A stretch of DNA of 64,000 nt, from the NCBI RefSeq assembly GCF_054482525.1, contig NZ_CM137006.1; one strand, written 5' to 3'. Both the position numbers and the translations under genes were made by a program. The notes beneath the pieces are model-generated. The model saw only the letters and a program-made list of their open reading frames with translations. It was not told where the DNA came from and did not search any database. Each line of letters opens with the position of its first letter. Positions within the stretch are counted from its first letter, which is position 1. Below are positions 1 through 12,858 of this stretch, in pieces.

Positions 1-1325
<1,325 letters not shown>

Positions 1326-1349
1326 TAAACTGTAGCAGGAAGGAACAGC

Positions 1350-4022
1350 ATGACAGATGTAACGATTAAAACGCTGGCCGCAGAGCGACAGACCTCCGTG
1401 GAACGCCTGGTACAGCAATTTGCTGATGCAGGTATCCGGAAGTCTGCTGACGACTCTGTGTCCGCACAAGAGAAACAGACTTTGATTGACCACCTGAATC
1501 AGAAAAATTCAGGCCCGGACAAATTGACGCTGCAACGTAAAACACGCAGCACCCTTAACATTCCTGGTACCGGTGGAAAAAGCAAATCGGTACAAATCGA
1601 AGTCCGCAAGAAACGCACCTTTGTGAAACGCGATCCGCAAGAGGCTGAACGCCTTGCTGCGGAAGAGCAAGCGCAGCGTGAAGCGGAAGAGCAAGCCCGT
1701 CGTGAGGCAGAAGAATCGGCTAAACGCGAGGCGCAACAAAAAGCTGAACGTGAGGCCGCAGAACAAGCTAAGCGTGAAGCTGCTGAACAAGCGAAACGTG
1801 AAGCTGCGGAAAAAGACAAAGTGAGCAATCAACAAGACGATATGACTAAAAACGCCCAGGCTGAAAAAGCCCGCCGTGAGCAGGAAGCTGCAGAGCTCAA
1901 GCGTAAAGCCGAAGAAGAAGCGCGTCGTAAACTCGAAGAAGAAGCACGTCGCGTTGCTGAAGAAGCACGTCGTATGGCGGAAGAAAACAAATGGACTGAT
2001 AACGCGGAACCGACTGAAGATTCCAGCGATTATCACGTCACTACTTCTCAACATGCTCGCCAGGCAGAAGACGAAAGCGATCGTGAAGTCGAAGGCGGCC
2101 GTGGCCGTGGTCGTAACGCGAAAGCTGCGCGTCCGAAGAAAGGCAACAAACACGCTGAATCAAAAGCTGATCGTGAAGAAGCACGCGCAGCAGTACGTGG
2201 CGGTAAGGGCGGAAAACGTAAAGGTTCTTCGCTGCAGCAAGGCTTCCAGAAGCCTGCTCAGGCCGTTAACCGTGACGTTGTGATCGGCGAAACCATCACC
2301 GTTGGCGAACTGGCGAACAAGATGGCGGTTAAAGGCTCTCAGGTCATCAAAGCGATGATGAAACTGGGCGCAATGGCAACCATCAACCAGGTTATCGATC
2401 AGGAAACCGCACAGCTGGTTGCTGAAGAGATGGGCCACAAAGTTATCCTGCGTCGTGAAAACGAGCTGGAAGAAGCGGTAATGAGCGACCGTGACACGGG
2501 TGCAGCGGCTGAACCGCGTGCGCCGGTTGTGACCATCATGGGTCACGTTGACCACGGTAAAACCTCTCTGCTGGACTACATTCGTTCAACGAAAGTGGCC
2601 TCTGGCGAAGCGGGCGGCATTACCCAGCACATTGGTGCATACCACGTTGAAACTGAAAACGGCATGATCACCTTCCTGGACACCCCGGGGCACGCCGCGT
2701 TTACTTCAATGCGTGCTCGTGGTGCGCAGGCAACGGACATCGTAGTCCTGGTTGTTGCTGCCGACGACGGCGTAATGCCGCAGACCATCGAAGCAATCCA
2801 GCACGCGAAAGCGGCGCAGGTTCCGGTGGTGGTTGCAGTGAACAAGATCGATAAACCAGAAGCCGATCCGGATCGCGTTAAGAACGAACTCTCCCAGTAC
2901 GGCATCCTGCCGGAAGAGTGGGGCGGTGAAAGCCAGTTCGTACATGTGTCTGCGAAAGCGGGTACTGGTATCGATGAGCTGCTGGACGCTATCCTGCTGC
3001 AGGCGGAAGTTCTGGAACTGAAAGCGGTACGTAAAGGTATGGCGAGCGGTGCGGTTATCGAATCCTTCCTCGATAAAGGTCGTGGTCCGGTTGCTACCGT
3101 TCTGGTACGTGAAGGTACTCTGCACAAGGGCGATATCGTTCTGTGTGGCTTCGAATACGGTCGTGTTCGTGCGATGCGTAACGAACTGGGTCAGGAAGTG
3201 CTGGAAGCGGGTCCGTCCATTCCGGTGGAAATCCTCGGCCTGTCCGGCGTTCCGGCTGCGGGTGATGAAGTTACCGTTGTACGTGACGAGAAGAAAGCGC
3301 GTGAAGTTGCACTCTATCGTCAGGGTAAATTCCGCGAAGTTAAACTGGCACGTCAGCAGAAATCTAAACTCGAGAACATGTTCGCCAATATGACCGAAGG
3401 CGAAGTTCACGAAGTGAACATCGTCCTGAAGGCAGACGTACAGGGTTCCGTGGAAGCTATCTCCGACTCCTTGCTGAAACTGTCTACTGACGAAGTTAAA
3501 GTGAAGATCATCGGTTCTGGCGTAGGTGGTATCACCGAAACCGACGCTACCCTGGCTGCGGCGTCCAACGCCATCCTGGTTGGCTTCAACGTACGTGCTG
3601 ATGCCTCTGCACGTAAAGTGATTGAAGCGGAAAGCCTGGATCTGCGTTACTACTCCGTCATCTATAACCTGATCGACGAAGTGAAAGCGGCAATGAGCGG
3701 TATGCTGTCTCCGGAACTGAAACAACAGATTATCGGTCTGGCGGAAGTTCGTGACGTATTCAAATCACCGAAATTTGGTGCCATCGCAGGTTGTATGGTT
3801 ACCGAAGGTGTGGTTAAACGTCACAACCCGATCCGCGTTCTGCGCGACAACGTGGTTATCTACGAAGGCGAGCTGGAGTCCCTGCGCCGCTTCAAAGATG
3901 ACGTTAACGAAGTCCGTAACGGTATGGAATGTGGTATCGGCGTTAAGAACTACAACGACGTCCGCACTGGCGATGTGATCGAAGTGTTCGAAATCATCGA
4001 AATCCAACGTACCATCGCTTAA
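1350..4022 (+). CDS. infB: Translation initiation factor IF-2
   Basis: 890-aa ORF with G-domain motifs [14 protein letters not shown] and NKID, and a Glu/Ala/Arg/Lys-rich N-terminal region. In-frame internal starts sit where E. coli IF2-beta and IF2-gamma begin: GTG codon 158 at nt 1821 and ATG codon 165 at nt 1842. Confidence 0.98.
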
Positions 4023-4033
4023 GGTTGTCTGGG

Positions 4034-4114
4034 TTGTAGGCCGGATAAGGCTTTTACGCCGTATCCGGCAGCCGTTGCCTGATGCGACGCTCGCGCGTCT
4101 TATCAGGCCTACAC
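4034..4114. repeat. BIME: two inverted REP (palindromic unit) copies in the infB-rbfA spacer
   Basis: gtaggccggataaggc...gccgtatccggca followed by gcctgatgcgacgc...gtcttatcaggcctac. This is the classic E. coli REP consensus in opposite orientations. Confidence 0.9.
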
Positions 4115-4140
4115 AGCCCTTTCCACCTGAGATTAATTTT

Positions 4141-4166
4141 AAAAGGGGCTATGGCCCCTTTTTTGT
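4141..4166 (+). terminator. Hairpin plus T-run between infB and rbfA (partial terminator or attenuator)
   Basis: aaaaggggctatggcccctttttt: a GC stem (ggggc/gcccc) followed by a T6 run. Confidence 0.5.
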
Positions 4167-4180
4167 CAGGAGAATTTATT

Positions 4181-4582
4181 ATGGCGAAAGAATTTGGTCG
4201 CCCGCAGCGCGTAGCGCAGGAAATGCAAAAAGAGATCGCTCTCATCCTGCAGCGTGAAATTAAAGATCCTCGTCTGGGCATGATGACCACCGTTTCCGGT
4301 GTCGAAATGTCTCGCGACCTGGCGTATGCCAAAGTATATGTAACGTTCCTCAACGACAAAGATGAAGACGCGGTTAAAGCGGGCATCAAAGCGTTGCAGG
4401 AAGCTTCTGGTTTCATCCGCAGCCTGCTGGGGAAAGCGATGCGCCTGCGTATCGTGCCGGAACTGACCTTCTTCTACGACAACTCGCTGGTTGAAGGGAT
4501 GCGCATGTCAAACCTGGTGACCAGCGTGGTCAAACATGACGAAGAACGTCGTGTTAACCCGGACGACAGCAAGGAGGACTAA
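4181..4582 (+). CDS. rbfA: 30S ribosome-binding factor A
   Basis: ORF-track 4082..4582 has its first 33 codons running through the REP and hairpin. The ATG at 4181 is preceded by caggag and gives a 133-aa [20 protein letters not shown]..., recognised as RbfA. Its stop overlaps the truB ATG by 1 nt. Confidence 0.95.
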
Positions 4583-5526
4583 TGAGTCGTCCTCGTCGTC
4601 GCGGTCGCGACATTAACGGCGTTTTGTTGCTGGATAAACCGCAGGGTATGTCCAGCAATGATGCGCTGCAAAAAGTGAAACGGATTTATAACGCCAACCG
4701 TGCCGGGCATACCGGTGCGCTGGACCCGCTGGCAACTGGCATGTTGCCAATTTGCCTCGGGGAAGCGACGAAGTTTTCCCAGTATCTGCTGGACTCCGAC
4801 AAACGTTATCGGGTGATTGCGCGTCTTGGACAGCGTACCGATACGTCTGACGCCGATGGACAAATCGTTGAAGAACGTCCGGTAACCTTTAGCGCAGAGC
4901 AACTGGCGGCGGCACTGGATACTTTCCGTGGCGATATCGAACAGATCCCATCGATGTATTCAGCACTGAAATACCAAGGCAAAAAACTGTACGAATATGC
5001 GCGTCAGGGCATTGAAGTACCGCGTGAAGCGCGCCCGATTACCGTTTATGAATTGCTGTTTATTCGCCACGAAGGCAATGAGCTGGAGCTGGAAATTCAC
5101 TGCTCAAAAGGCACTTATATCCGCACCATCATTGATGACCTGGGTGAAAAACTCGGTTGTGGCGCGCATGTTATTTACCTGCGTCGTCTGGCGGTAAGTA
5201 AATATCCGGTTGAACGGATGGTGACCCTGGAACATCTGCGTGAACTGGTTGAACAAGCCGAACAGCAGGATATTCCAGCCGCGGAGTTACTTGATCCATT
5301 ACTGATGCCAATGGACAGTCCAGCTTCGGACTACCCGGTGGTGAATCTTCCGTTAACGTCTTCTGTTTACTTCAAAAATGGTAACCCGGTTCGTACATCC
5401 GGTGCGCCGCTGGAAGGACTGGTTCGCGTTACAGAAGGTGAGAACGGCAAGTTTATCGGTATGGGCGAAATTGACGATGAAGGCCGCGTCGCGCCTCGTC
5501 GCCTGGTGGTTGAATACCCGGCGTAA
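4582..5526 (+). CDS. truB: tRNA pseudouridine-55 synthase
   Basis: 314-aa ORF with the catalytic-Asp motif [11 protein letters not shown]. Its position is as in the nusA-infB-rbfA-truB-rpsO-pnp cluster. Confidence 0.97.
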
Positions 5527-5537
5527 TGTTAACCGTC

Positions 5538-5566
5538 TTGCGATAACAGGTCGCTACGAGTAGAAT
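5538..5566 (+). promoter_or_regulatory. Sigma70 promoter of rpsO
   Basis: TTGCGA (5538-5543), a 17-nt spacer, then TAGAAT (5561-5566), about 110 nt upstream of the rpsO ATG. Confidence 0.75.
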
Positions 5567-5578
5567 ACTGCCGCTTAA

Positions 5579-5944
<366 letters not shown>

Positions 5945-5960
5945 TTCTTGCGAGTTTCAG

Positions 5961-5989
5961 AAAAGGGGGCCTGAGTGGCCCCTTTTTTC
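5961..5989. terminator. rpsO Rho-independent terminator; symmetric, so it can also serve the antisense SraG transcript
   Basis: aaaagggggcctgagtggcccctttttt: a GC stem flanked by an A-run on one side and a T-run on the other. Confidence 0.85.
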
Positions 5990-6061
5990 AAGCTGACGGC
6001 AGCAATTCACTGGAAACTAATGTATTGTTGCTATGAATGATCTTCCGTTGCAGAGGTTCGC

Positions 6062-6119
6062 GCGGCTAATGAGAGGCTTTACCCACATTGGGCTGGGTTA
6101 GGGTTGTCATTAGTCGCGA
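6062..6119 (+). promoter_or_regulatory. pnp leader long hairpin (RNase III processing and PNPase autoregulation site)
   Basis: cgcggctaatgaga...(loop)...gtcattagtcgcg forms a long imperfect stem in the 5' UTR. It corresponds to the known RNase III site upstream of pnp. Confidence 0.7.
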
Positions 6120-6190
6120 GGATGCGCAGAAGATCGGGTATTAACACCAGTGCCGTAAGGTACTGTCTAAGAAAGAGAAAGGATATTACA

Positions 6191-8326
6191 TTGCTTAATC
6201 CGATCGTTCGTAAATTCCAGTACGGCCAACACACCGTGACTCTGGAAACCGGCATGATGGCTCGTCAGGCTACTGCCGCTGTTATGGTTAGCATGGATGA
6301 CACCGCGGTATTCGTTACCGTTGTTGGCCAGAAAAAAGCCAAACCAGGTCAGGACTTCTTCCCACTGACCGTTAACTATCAGGAGCGTACCTACGCTGCT
6401 GGTCGTATCCCGGGTAGCTTCTTCCGTCGTGAAGGCCGCCCAAGCGAAGGCGAAACCCTGATCGCGCGTCTGATTGACCGCCCAATTCGCCCGCTGTTCC
6501 CGGAAGGCTTCGTCAACGAAGTTCAGGTTATCGCCACCGTGGTTTCTGTTAACCCGCAAGTTAACCCGGATATCGTCGCGATGATTGGTGCTTCCGCAGC
6601 ACTGTCTCTGTCTGGTATTCCGTTCAATGGTCCGATTGGTGCTGCCCGCGTAGGTTACATCAATGACCAGTACGTACTGAACCCGACTCAGGACGAGCTG
6701 AAAGAGAGCAAACTGGATCTGGTTGTTGCCGGTACTGAAGCCGCTGTACTGATGGTTGAATCTGAAGCTGAACTGCTGAGCGAAGACCAGATGTTGGGCG
6801 CAGTAGTGTTCGGTCATGAACAACAGCAGGTTGTCATTCAGAACATCAATGAACTGGTGAAAGAAGCCGGTAAACCGCGTTGGGACTGGCAGCCGGAGCC
6901 GGTAAACGAAGCGCTGAACGCGCGCGTTGCTGCACTGGCTGAAGCTCGTCTGAGCGATGCTTACCGCATCACCGACAAACAAGAGCGTTATGCGCAGGTT
7001 GATGTCATCAAATCTGAAACCATCGCGACGCTGCTTGCTGAAGATGAAACCCTGGACGAAAACGAACTGGGTGAAATTCTGCACGCTATCGAGAAAAACG
7101 TTGTTCGTAGCCGCGTACTGGCAGGCGAACCGCGTATCGACGGTCGTGAAAAAGATATGATTCGTGGTCTGGATGTGCGTACTGGCGTGCTGCCGCGTAC
7201 TCACGGTTCTGCGCTGTTCACCCGTGGTGAAACTCAGGCGCTGGTTACCGCAACGCTGGGTACTGCACGTGACGCGCAAGTTCTTGATGAACTAATGGGC
7301 GAACGTACTGACACCTTCCTGTTCCACTACAACTTCCCTCCGTACTCAGTAGGCGAAACCGGCATGGTCGGTTCTCCGAAGCGTCGTGAAATTGGTCACG
7401 GTCGTCTGGCGAAGCGCGGTGTGCTGGCAGTCATGCCGGATATGGACAAATTCCCGTACACCGTACGTGTTGTGTCTGAAATCACTGAATCCAACGGTTC
7501 CTCTTCTATGGCTTCCGTGTGCGGCGCGTCTCTGGCGCTGATGGACGCAGGTGTGCCAATCAAAGCTGCTGTTGCGGGTATCGCAATGGGTCTGGTGAAA
7601 GAAGGCGACAACTACGTTGTACTGTCTGACATTTTGGGCGACGAAGATCACCTGGGCGATATGGACTTCAAAGTTGCGGGTTCCCGCGACGGTATCTCTG
7701 CATTGCAGATGGATATCAAAATTGAAGGTATCACCAAAGAGATCATGCAGGTTGCGCTGAACCAGGCTAAAGGTGCGCGTCTGCATATCCTGGGCGTAAT
7801 GGAACAGGCGATCAACGCGCCGCGCGGCGATATCTCTGAGTTCGCTCCGCGTATCCATACCATCAAGATCAACCCGGACAAGATCAAAGACGTTATCGGT
7901 AAAGGCGGTTCTGTTATCCGTGCTCTGACCGAAGAAACTGGCACCACCATCGAAATCGAAGATGACGGTACTGTGAAGATCGCAGCGACCGACGGCGAGA
8001 AAGCGAAACATGCTATTCGTCGTATCGAAGAGATCACTGCAGAAATCGAAGTGGGCCGCGTCTACAATGGTAAAGTGACCCGTATCGTTGACTTTGGCGC
8101 ATTTGTTGCCATCGGCGGCGGTAAAGAAGGTCTGGTACACATCTCTCAGATCGCTGACAAACGCGTAGAGAAAGTGACCGATTACCTGCAGATGGGTCAG
8201 GAAGTACCGGTGAAAGTTCTGGAAGTTGATCGCCAGGGCCGTATCCGTCTGAGCATTAAAGAAGCGACTGAGCAGTCTCAACCTGCTGCAGCACCGGAAG
8301 CTCCGGCTGCTGAACAGGGCGAGTAA
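6191..8326 (+). CDS. pnp: Polynucleotide phosphorylase (PNPase)
   Basis: The ORF-track entry opens at 6104. The known E. coli start is the TTG at 6191 ([21 protein letters not shown]...), preceded by gaaaggat, giving 711 aa. Two RNase-PH-like halves plus KH and S1 regions (...[27 protein letters not shown]...). Confidence 0.97.
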   Translation: MLNPIVRKFQYGQHTVTLETGMMARQATAAVMVSMDDTAVFVTVVGQKKAKPGQDFFPLTVNYQERTYAAGRIPGSFFRREGRPSEGETLIARLIDRPIRPLFPEGFVNEVQVIATVVSVNPQVNPDIVAMIGASAALSLSGIPFNGPIGAARVGYINDQYVLNPTQDELKESKLDLVVAGTEAAVLMVESEAELLSEDQMLGAVVFGHEQQQVVIQNINELVKEAGKPRWDWQPEPVNEALNARVAALAEARLSDAYRITDKQERYAQVDVIKSETIATLLAEDETLDENELGEILHAIEKNVVRSRVLAGEPRIDGREKDMIRGLDVRTGVLPRTHGSALFTRGETQALVTATLGTARDAQVLDELMGERTDTFLFHYNFPPYSVGETGMVGSPKRREIGHGRLAKRGVLAVMPDMDKFPYTVRVVSEITESNGSSSMASVCGASLALMDAGVPIKAAVAGIAMGLVKEGDNYVVLSDILGDEDHLGDMDFKVAGSRDGISALQMDIKIEGITKEIMQVALNQAKGARLHILGVMEQAINAPRGDISEFAPRIHTIKINPDKIKDVIGKGGSVIRALTEETGTTIEIEDDGTVKIAATDGEKAKHAIRRIEEITAEIEVGRVYNGKVTRIVDFGAFVAIGGGKEGLVHISQIADKRVEKVTDYLQMGQEVPVKVLEVDRQGRIRLSIKEATEQSQPAAAPEAPAAEQGE

Positions 8327-8337
8327 GGTTGCCATTT

Positions 8338-8363
8338 GCCCTCCGCTGCGGCGGGGGGCTTTT
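8338..8363 (+). terminator. pnp terminator hairpin
   Basis: gccctccgc-tgcg-gcggggggc followed by tttt, immediately after the pnp stop. Confidence 0.6.
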
Positions 8364-8434
8364 AACCGGGCAGGACGCCTTGTTAGCAACCGGGAACAGG
8401 ACGTTCATTCAACCGTGGTCTTCGGGAGTGGGAA

Positions 8435-9319
8435 ATGAAGCCTTTTTTGCGCTGGTGTTTCGTTGCGACAGCACTTACGCTTGCAGGATGCAGTAATACT
8501 TCCTGGCGTAAAAGTGAAGTCCTCGCGGTACCATTGCAACCGACTTTACAGCAGGAAGTGATTCTGGCACGTATGGAACAAATCCTTGCCAGTCGGGCTT
8601 TAACCGATGACGAACGCGCACAGCTTTTATATGAGCGCGGAGTGTTGTATGATAGTCTCGGTCTGAGGGCATTAGCGCGTAACGATTTTTCGCAAGCGCT
8701 GGCAATCCGACCGGATATGCCTGAAGTATTCAATTACTTAGGCATATATTTAACGCAGGCAGGCAATTTTGATGCTGCCTATGAAGCGTTTGATTCTGTA
8801 CTTGAGCTTGATCCAACTTACAACTACGCGCACTTGAATCGCGGGATCGCATTATATTACGGCGGTCGTGATAAGTTAGCGCAAGATGATCTGCTGGCGT
8901 TTTATCAAGACGATCCCAATGATCCTTTCCGTAGTCTGTGGCTTTATCTCGCCGAGCAGAAGCTCGATGAGAAGCAGGCTAAAGAAGTGTTGAAACAGCA
9001 CTTCGAAAAATCGGATAAGGAACAGTGGGGATGGAACATTGTCGAGTTCTACCTGGGCAACATTAGCGAACAAACGTTAATGGAAAGGCTCAAGGCGGAC
9101 GCAACGGATAACACCTCGCTCGCTGAGCATCTCAGTGAAACCAACTTCTATTTAGGTAAGTACTACCTAAGTCTGGGGGATTTGGACAGCGCCACGGCAC
9201 TGTTCAAACTGGCGGTTGCCAACAACGTTCATAACTTTGTTGAGCACCGATACGCATTGTTGGAATTATCGCTCCTGGGCCAGGACCAAGATGACCTGGC
9301 AGAATCGGACCAGCAATAG
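8435..9319 (+). CDS. nlpI: Outer-membrane TPR lipoprotein NlpI
   Basis: 294-aa ORF with the lipobox LTLAGC at residues 15-20 and TPR-like repeats. Recognised as NlpI and syntenic between pnp and deaD. Confidence 0.96.
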
Positions 9320-9425
9320 CTGACGTACACATCAGCCCGTAATCTTTTTTGATTGCCATCACCTTAACGGGTGAGGGCGTTGTTGTTCGTTAATACACCT
9401 ACTTTGAGCCGGTTCACACTTTTCA

Positions 9426-9506
9426 ATGAAAATTGCTGATCAATTTCATGATGAGTTATGTAGACTGGCCGCCATTAATTTTGAGGCACACGTACTACAT
9501 GGCTGA
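9426..9506 (+). CDS. yrbN: Small protein YrbN (26 aa) in the deaD leader
   Basis: The ATG at 9426 gives [26 protein letters not shown], with the stop at 9504-9506 overlapping the deaD ATG (9499). It matches my memory of the 26-aa yrbN annotated upstream of deaD. It is too short to appear in the ORF track. Confidence 0.6.
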
Positions 9507-11400
9507 ATTCGAAACCACTTTTGCAGATCTGGGCCTGAAGGCTCCTATCCTTGAAGCCCTTAACGATCTGGGTTACGAAAAACCATCTCCAATTCAGGCA
9601 GAGTGTATTCCACATCTGCTGAATGGCCGCGACGTTCTGGGTATGGCCCAGACGGGGAGCGGAAAAACTGCAGCATTCTCTTTACCTCTGCTGCAGAATC
9701 TTGATCCTGAGCTGAAAGCACCACAGATTCTGGTGTTGGCACCGACCCGCGAACTGGCGGTACAGGTTGCTGAGGCAATGACGGATTTCTCTAAACACAT
9801 GCGCGGCGTAAACGTGGTTGCCCTGTACGGCGGCCAGCGTTATGACGTGCAATTACGCGCCCTGCGTCAGGGGCCGCAGATCGTTGTCGGTACTCCGGGC
9901 CGTCTGCTGGATCACCTGAAACGTGGCACTCTGGACCTTTCTAAACTGAGCGGTCTGGTTCTGGATGAAGCTGACGAAATGCTGCGCATGGGCTTCATCG
10001 AAGACGTTGAAACCATTATGGCGCAGATCCCGGAAGGTCATCAGACCGCTCTGTTCTCTGCAACCATGCCGGAAGCGATTCGTCGCATTACCCGCCGCTT
10101 TATGAAAGAGCCGCAGGAAGTGCGCATTCAGTCCAGCGTGACTACCCGTCCTGACATCAGCCAGAGCTACTGGACCGTCTGGGGTATGCGTAAAAACGAA
10201 GCACTGGTACGTTTCCTGGAAGCGGAAGATTTTGATGCGGCGATTATCTTCGTTCGTACCAAAAACGCGACTCTGGAAGTGGCAGAAGCTCTTGAGCGTA
10301 ACGGCTACAATAGCGCCGCGCTGAACGGTGACATGAACCAGGCGCTGCGTGAGCAGACACTGGAACGACTGAAAGATGGTCGTCTGGACATCCTGATTGC
10401 GACCGACGTTGCGGCCCGTGGCCTGGACGTTGAGCGTATCAGCCTGGTAGTTAACTACGATATCCCGATGGATTCTGAGTCTTACGTTCACCGTATCGGT
10501 CGTACCGGTCGTGCGGGCCGTGCTGGCCGTGCGCTGCTGTTCGTTGAGAACCGTGAGCGTCGTCTGCTGCGTAACATTGAACGCACCATGAAGCTGACCA
10601 TTCCGGAAGTTGAACTGCCGAACGCAGAACTGCTGGGCAAACGTCGTCTGGAAAAATTCGCCGCTAAAGTACAGCAGCAGCTGGAAAGCAGCGATCTGGA
10701 TCAATACCGTGCACTGCTGAGCAAAATTCAGCCGACTGCCGAAGGCGAAGAGCTGGATCTCGAAACTCTGGCCGCCGCACTGCTGAAAATGGCACAGGGT
10801 GAACGTACTCTGATTGTTCCGCCAGATGCGCCGATGCGTCCGAAACGTGAATTCCGTGACCGTGATGACCGTGGTCCGCGCGATCGTAACGACCGTGGCC
10901 CGCGTGGTGACCGTGAAGATCGTCCGCGTCGTGAACGTCGTGATGTTGGCGATATGCAGCTGTACCGCATTGAAGTGGGCCGCGATGATGGTGTTGAAGT
11001 TCGTCATATCGTTGGCGCGATTGCTAACGAAGGCGACATCAGCAGCCGTTACATCGGTAACATCAAGCTGTTTGCTTCTCACTCCACCATCGAACTGCCG
11101 AAAGGTATGCCGGGTGAAGTGCTGCAACACTTTACGCGTACTCGCATTCTCAACAAGCCGATGAACATGCAGTTACTGGGCGATGCACAGCCGCATACTG
11201 GCGGTGAGCGTCGTGGCGGTGGTCGTGGTTTCGGTGGCGAACGTCGTGAAGGTGGTCGTGAAGGCGGTCGTAACTTCAGCGGTGAACGCCGTGAAGGTGG
11301 TCGTGGTGATGGTCGTCGTTTTAGCGGCGAACGTCGTGAAGGCCGCGCTCCGCGTCGTGATGACTCTACCGGTCGTCGTCGTTTCGGTGGTGATGCGTAA
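9499..11400 (+). CDS. deaD: Cold-shock DEAD-box RNA helicase DeaD/CsdA
   Basis: The ORF-track entry opens at 9433. The recognised start is [21 protein letters not shown] at 9499 (633 aa). Helicase motifs [19 protein letters not shown] and [10 protein letters not shown] are present, with an Arg/Gly/Glu-rich C-terminal tail. Confidence 0.96.
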
Positions 11401-11425
11401 TCATCGCTGAACAGCGAACACAATC

Positions 11426-11502
11426 TGTAAAATAATATATACAGCCCCGATTTGTACCATCGGGGCTTTTTTTCTGTCTTTTGTACTCGTGTACTGGTAC
11501 AG
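11426..11502 (+). promoter_or_regulatory. mtr control region: a TyrR-box-like site and the TrpR operator
   Basis: TGTAAAATAATATATACA (11426-11443) fits the TyrR box TGTAAA-N6-TTTACA. GTACTCGTGTACTGGTACAG (11483-11502) carries the repeated GTACT/AGTAC symmetry of Trp repressor operators and lies about 50 nt upstream of the mtr ATG. Confidence 0.6.
11443..11474 (+). terminator. deaD Rho-independent terminator
   Basis: agccccgatttgtaccatcggggct followed by a T7 run. Confidence 0.85.
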
Positions 11503-11553
11503 TGCAATGCATAACAACGCAGTCGCACTATTTTTCACTGGAGAGAAGCCCTC

Positions 11554-12798
11554 ATGGCAACACTAACCACCACCCAAACGTCACCGTCGCTGCTTGGCGG
11601 CGTGGTGATTATCGGCGGCACCATTATTGGCGCAGGGATGTTTTCTCTGCCTGTGGTCATGTCCGGGGCGTGGTTCTTCTGGTCAATGGCGGCGCTGATC
11701 TTTACCTGGTTCTGTATGCTGCATTCCGGCTTGATGATTCTGGAAGCTAACCTGAATTATCGAATCGGTTCTAGTTTTGACACCATCACCAAAGATTTGC
11801 TGGGCAAAGGCTGGAATGTAGTCAACGGCATTTCCATTGCCTTTGTGCTCTATATCCTGACTTACGCCTATATTTCTGCCAGCGGTTCGATTCTGCATCA
11901 CACCTTCGCGGAGATGTCGCTAAACGTCCCTGCACGGGCAGCTGGATTTGGTTTTGCACTGCTGGTAGCGTTCGTGGTGTGGTTGAGTACGAAAGCTGTC
12001 AGCCGGATGACAGCAATTGTGCTGGGGGCGAAAGTCATTACTTTCTTCCTCACCTTCGGCAGCCTGCTGGGGCATGTACAGCCTGCGACATTGTTCAACG
12101 TCGCCGAAAGCAATGCGTCTTATGCGCCGTATCTGCTGATGACACTGCCATTCTGTCTGGCATCGTTTGGTTATCACGGTAACGTGCCGAGCCTGATGAA
12201 GTATTACGGCAAAGATCCGAAAACCATCGTGAAATGCCTGGTGTACGGTACGCTGATGGCGCTGGCGCTGTATACCATCTGGTTGCTGGCGACGATGGGC
12301 AACATCCCTCGTCCGGAGTTTATCGGCATCGCCGAGAAGGGCGGTAACATTGATGTGCTGGTACAGGCATTAAGCGGCGTGCTGAACAGCCGTAGCCTGG
12401 ATCTGCTGCTGGTCGTGTTCTCAAACTTTGCGGTAGCAAGTTCGTTCCTTGGCGTAACGCTGGGTTTGTTTGACTATCTGGCAGATCTGTTTGGTTTCGA
12501 TGACTCGGCTATGGGCCGCTTGAAAACAGCATTGTTGACCTTTGCACCGCCTGTTGTGGGTGGTCTGCTGTTCCCGAATGGATTCCTGTACGCCATTGGC
12601 TATGCTGGCTTAGCAGCTACCATCTGGGCGGCAATTGTACCGGCGCTGTTGGCCCGCGCATCGCGTAAACGCTTTGGCAGCCCGAAATTCCGCGTCTGGG
12701 GCGGTAAGCCGATGATTGCGCTGATTCTGGTGTTTGGCGTCGGCAACGCACTGGTGCATATTTTATCGAGCTTTAATTTGCTGCCGGTGTATCAGTAA
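11554..12798 (+). CDS. mtr: High-affinity tryptophan-specific permease Mtr (ArAAP/HAAAP family)
   Basis: 414-aa polytopic [41 protein letters not shown]..., recognised as Mtr. Confidence 0.96.
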   Translation: MATLTTTQTSPSLLGGVVIIGGTIIGAGMFSLPVVMSGAWFFWSMAALIFTWFCMLHSGLMILEANLNYRIGSSFDTITKDLLGKGWNVVNGISIAFVLYILTYAYISASGSILHHTFAEMSLNVPARAAGFGFALLVAFVVWLSTKAVSRMTAIVLGAKVITFFLTFGSLLGHVQPATLFNVAESNASYAPYLLMTLPFCLASFGYHGNVPSLMKYYGKDPKTIVKCLVYGTLMALALYTIWLLATMGNIPRPEFIGIAEKGGNIDVLVQALSGVLNSRSLDLLLVVFSNFAVASSFLGVTLGLFDYLADLFGFDDSAMGRLKTALLTFAPPVVGGLLFPNGFLYAIGYAGLAATIWAAIVPALLARASRKRFGSPKFRVWGGKPMIALILVFGVGNALVHILSSFNLLPVYQ

Positions 12799-12806
12799 TT
12801 GAACGA

Positions 12807-12831
12807 GCCGGATGAGCAGTTTTCATCCGGC
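12807..12831 (+). terminator. Hairpin after mtr (weak terminator, no clean T-run)
   Basis: gccggatgagcagttttcatccggc begins 9 nt after the mtr stop. Confidence 0.4.
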
Positions 12832-12858
12832 AATAATTCACAAGTACACGAGATGGTA

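Larger units (their letters stand above)
5960..6133 (-). ncRNA. sraG: Candidate SraG (PsrO) sRNA, antisense to the rpsO-pnp intergenic region and pnp leader
   Basis: The minus strand carries TAGACA (6169-6164), an 18-nt spacer, then GTTAAT (6145-6140), directed toward the bidirectional rpsO terminator about 170 nt away. This matches the remembered location and ~170-nt size of SraG. The end coordinates are estimates. Confidence 0.45.

Noticed and set aside
1640-2000. Repetitive [13 protein letters not shown]-type coding repeats, considered as a possible tandem-repeat element.
   Set aside because: This is the native low-complexity N-terminal region of E. coli IF2. It is in frame and flanked by the known IF2-beta and IF2-gamma internal starts.
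1499-3725. Several minus-strand and alternative-frame ORFs inside infB (109-339 aa), including Ser/Ala/Arg/Cys-rich repeats.
   Set aside because: They mirror the Glu/Ala/Arg/Lys-rich repeats and G-domain of IF2 on the opposite strand or in shifted frames. There are no independent start signals.
6104-6190. N-terminal extension of the pnp ORF (ORF-track start at 6104). Similar upstream extensions occur for rbfA (4082), deaD (9433), agaD (27983), garK (43768), tdcF (54938), lpoA (25329) and yhbO (19768).
   Set aside because: The extensions run through leader hairpins, REPs or the preceding gene and lack SD sequences. The shorter starts match the remembered protein N-termini and have proper SD spacing.
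6167-8389. 370-aa and 347-aa minus-strand ORFs antisense to pnp.
   Set aside because: They are shadow ORFs of PNPase with no motifs. The plus-strand gene is certain.
9853-11528. 425-aa and 149-aa minus-strand ORFs antisense to deaD. The 149-aa ORF has a striking PPSRRSPLK-type repeat.
   Set aside because: The repeat is simply the reverse-complement reading of the GERREGGR coding repeats in the DeaD tail. The DEAD-box gene on the plus strand explains the region.
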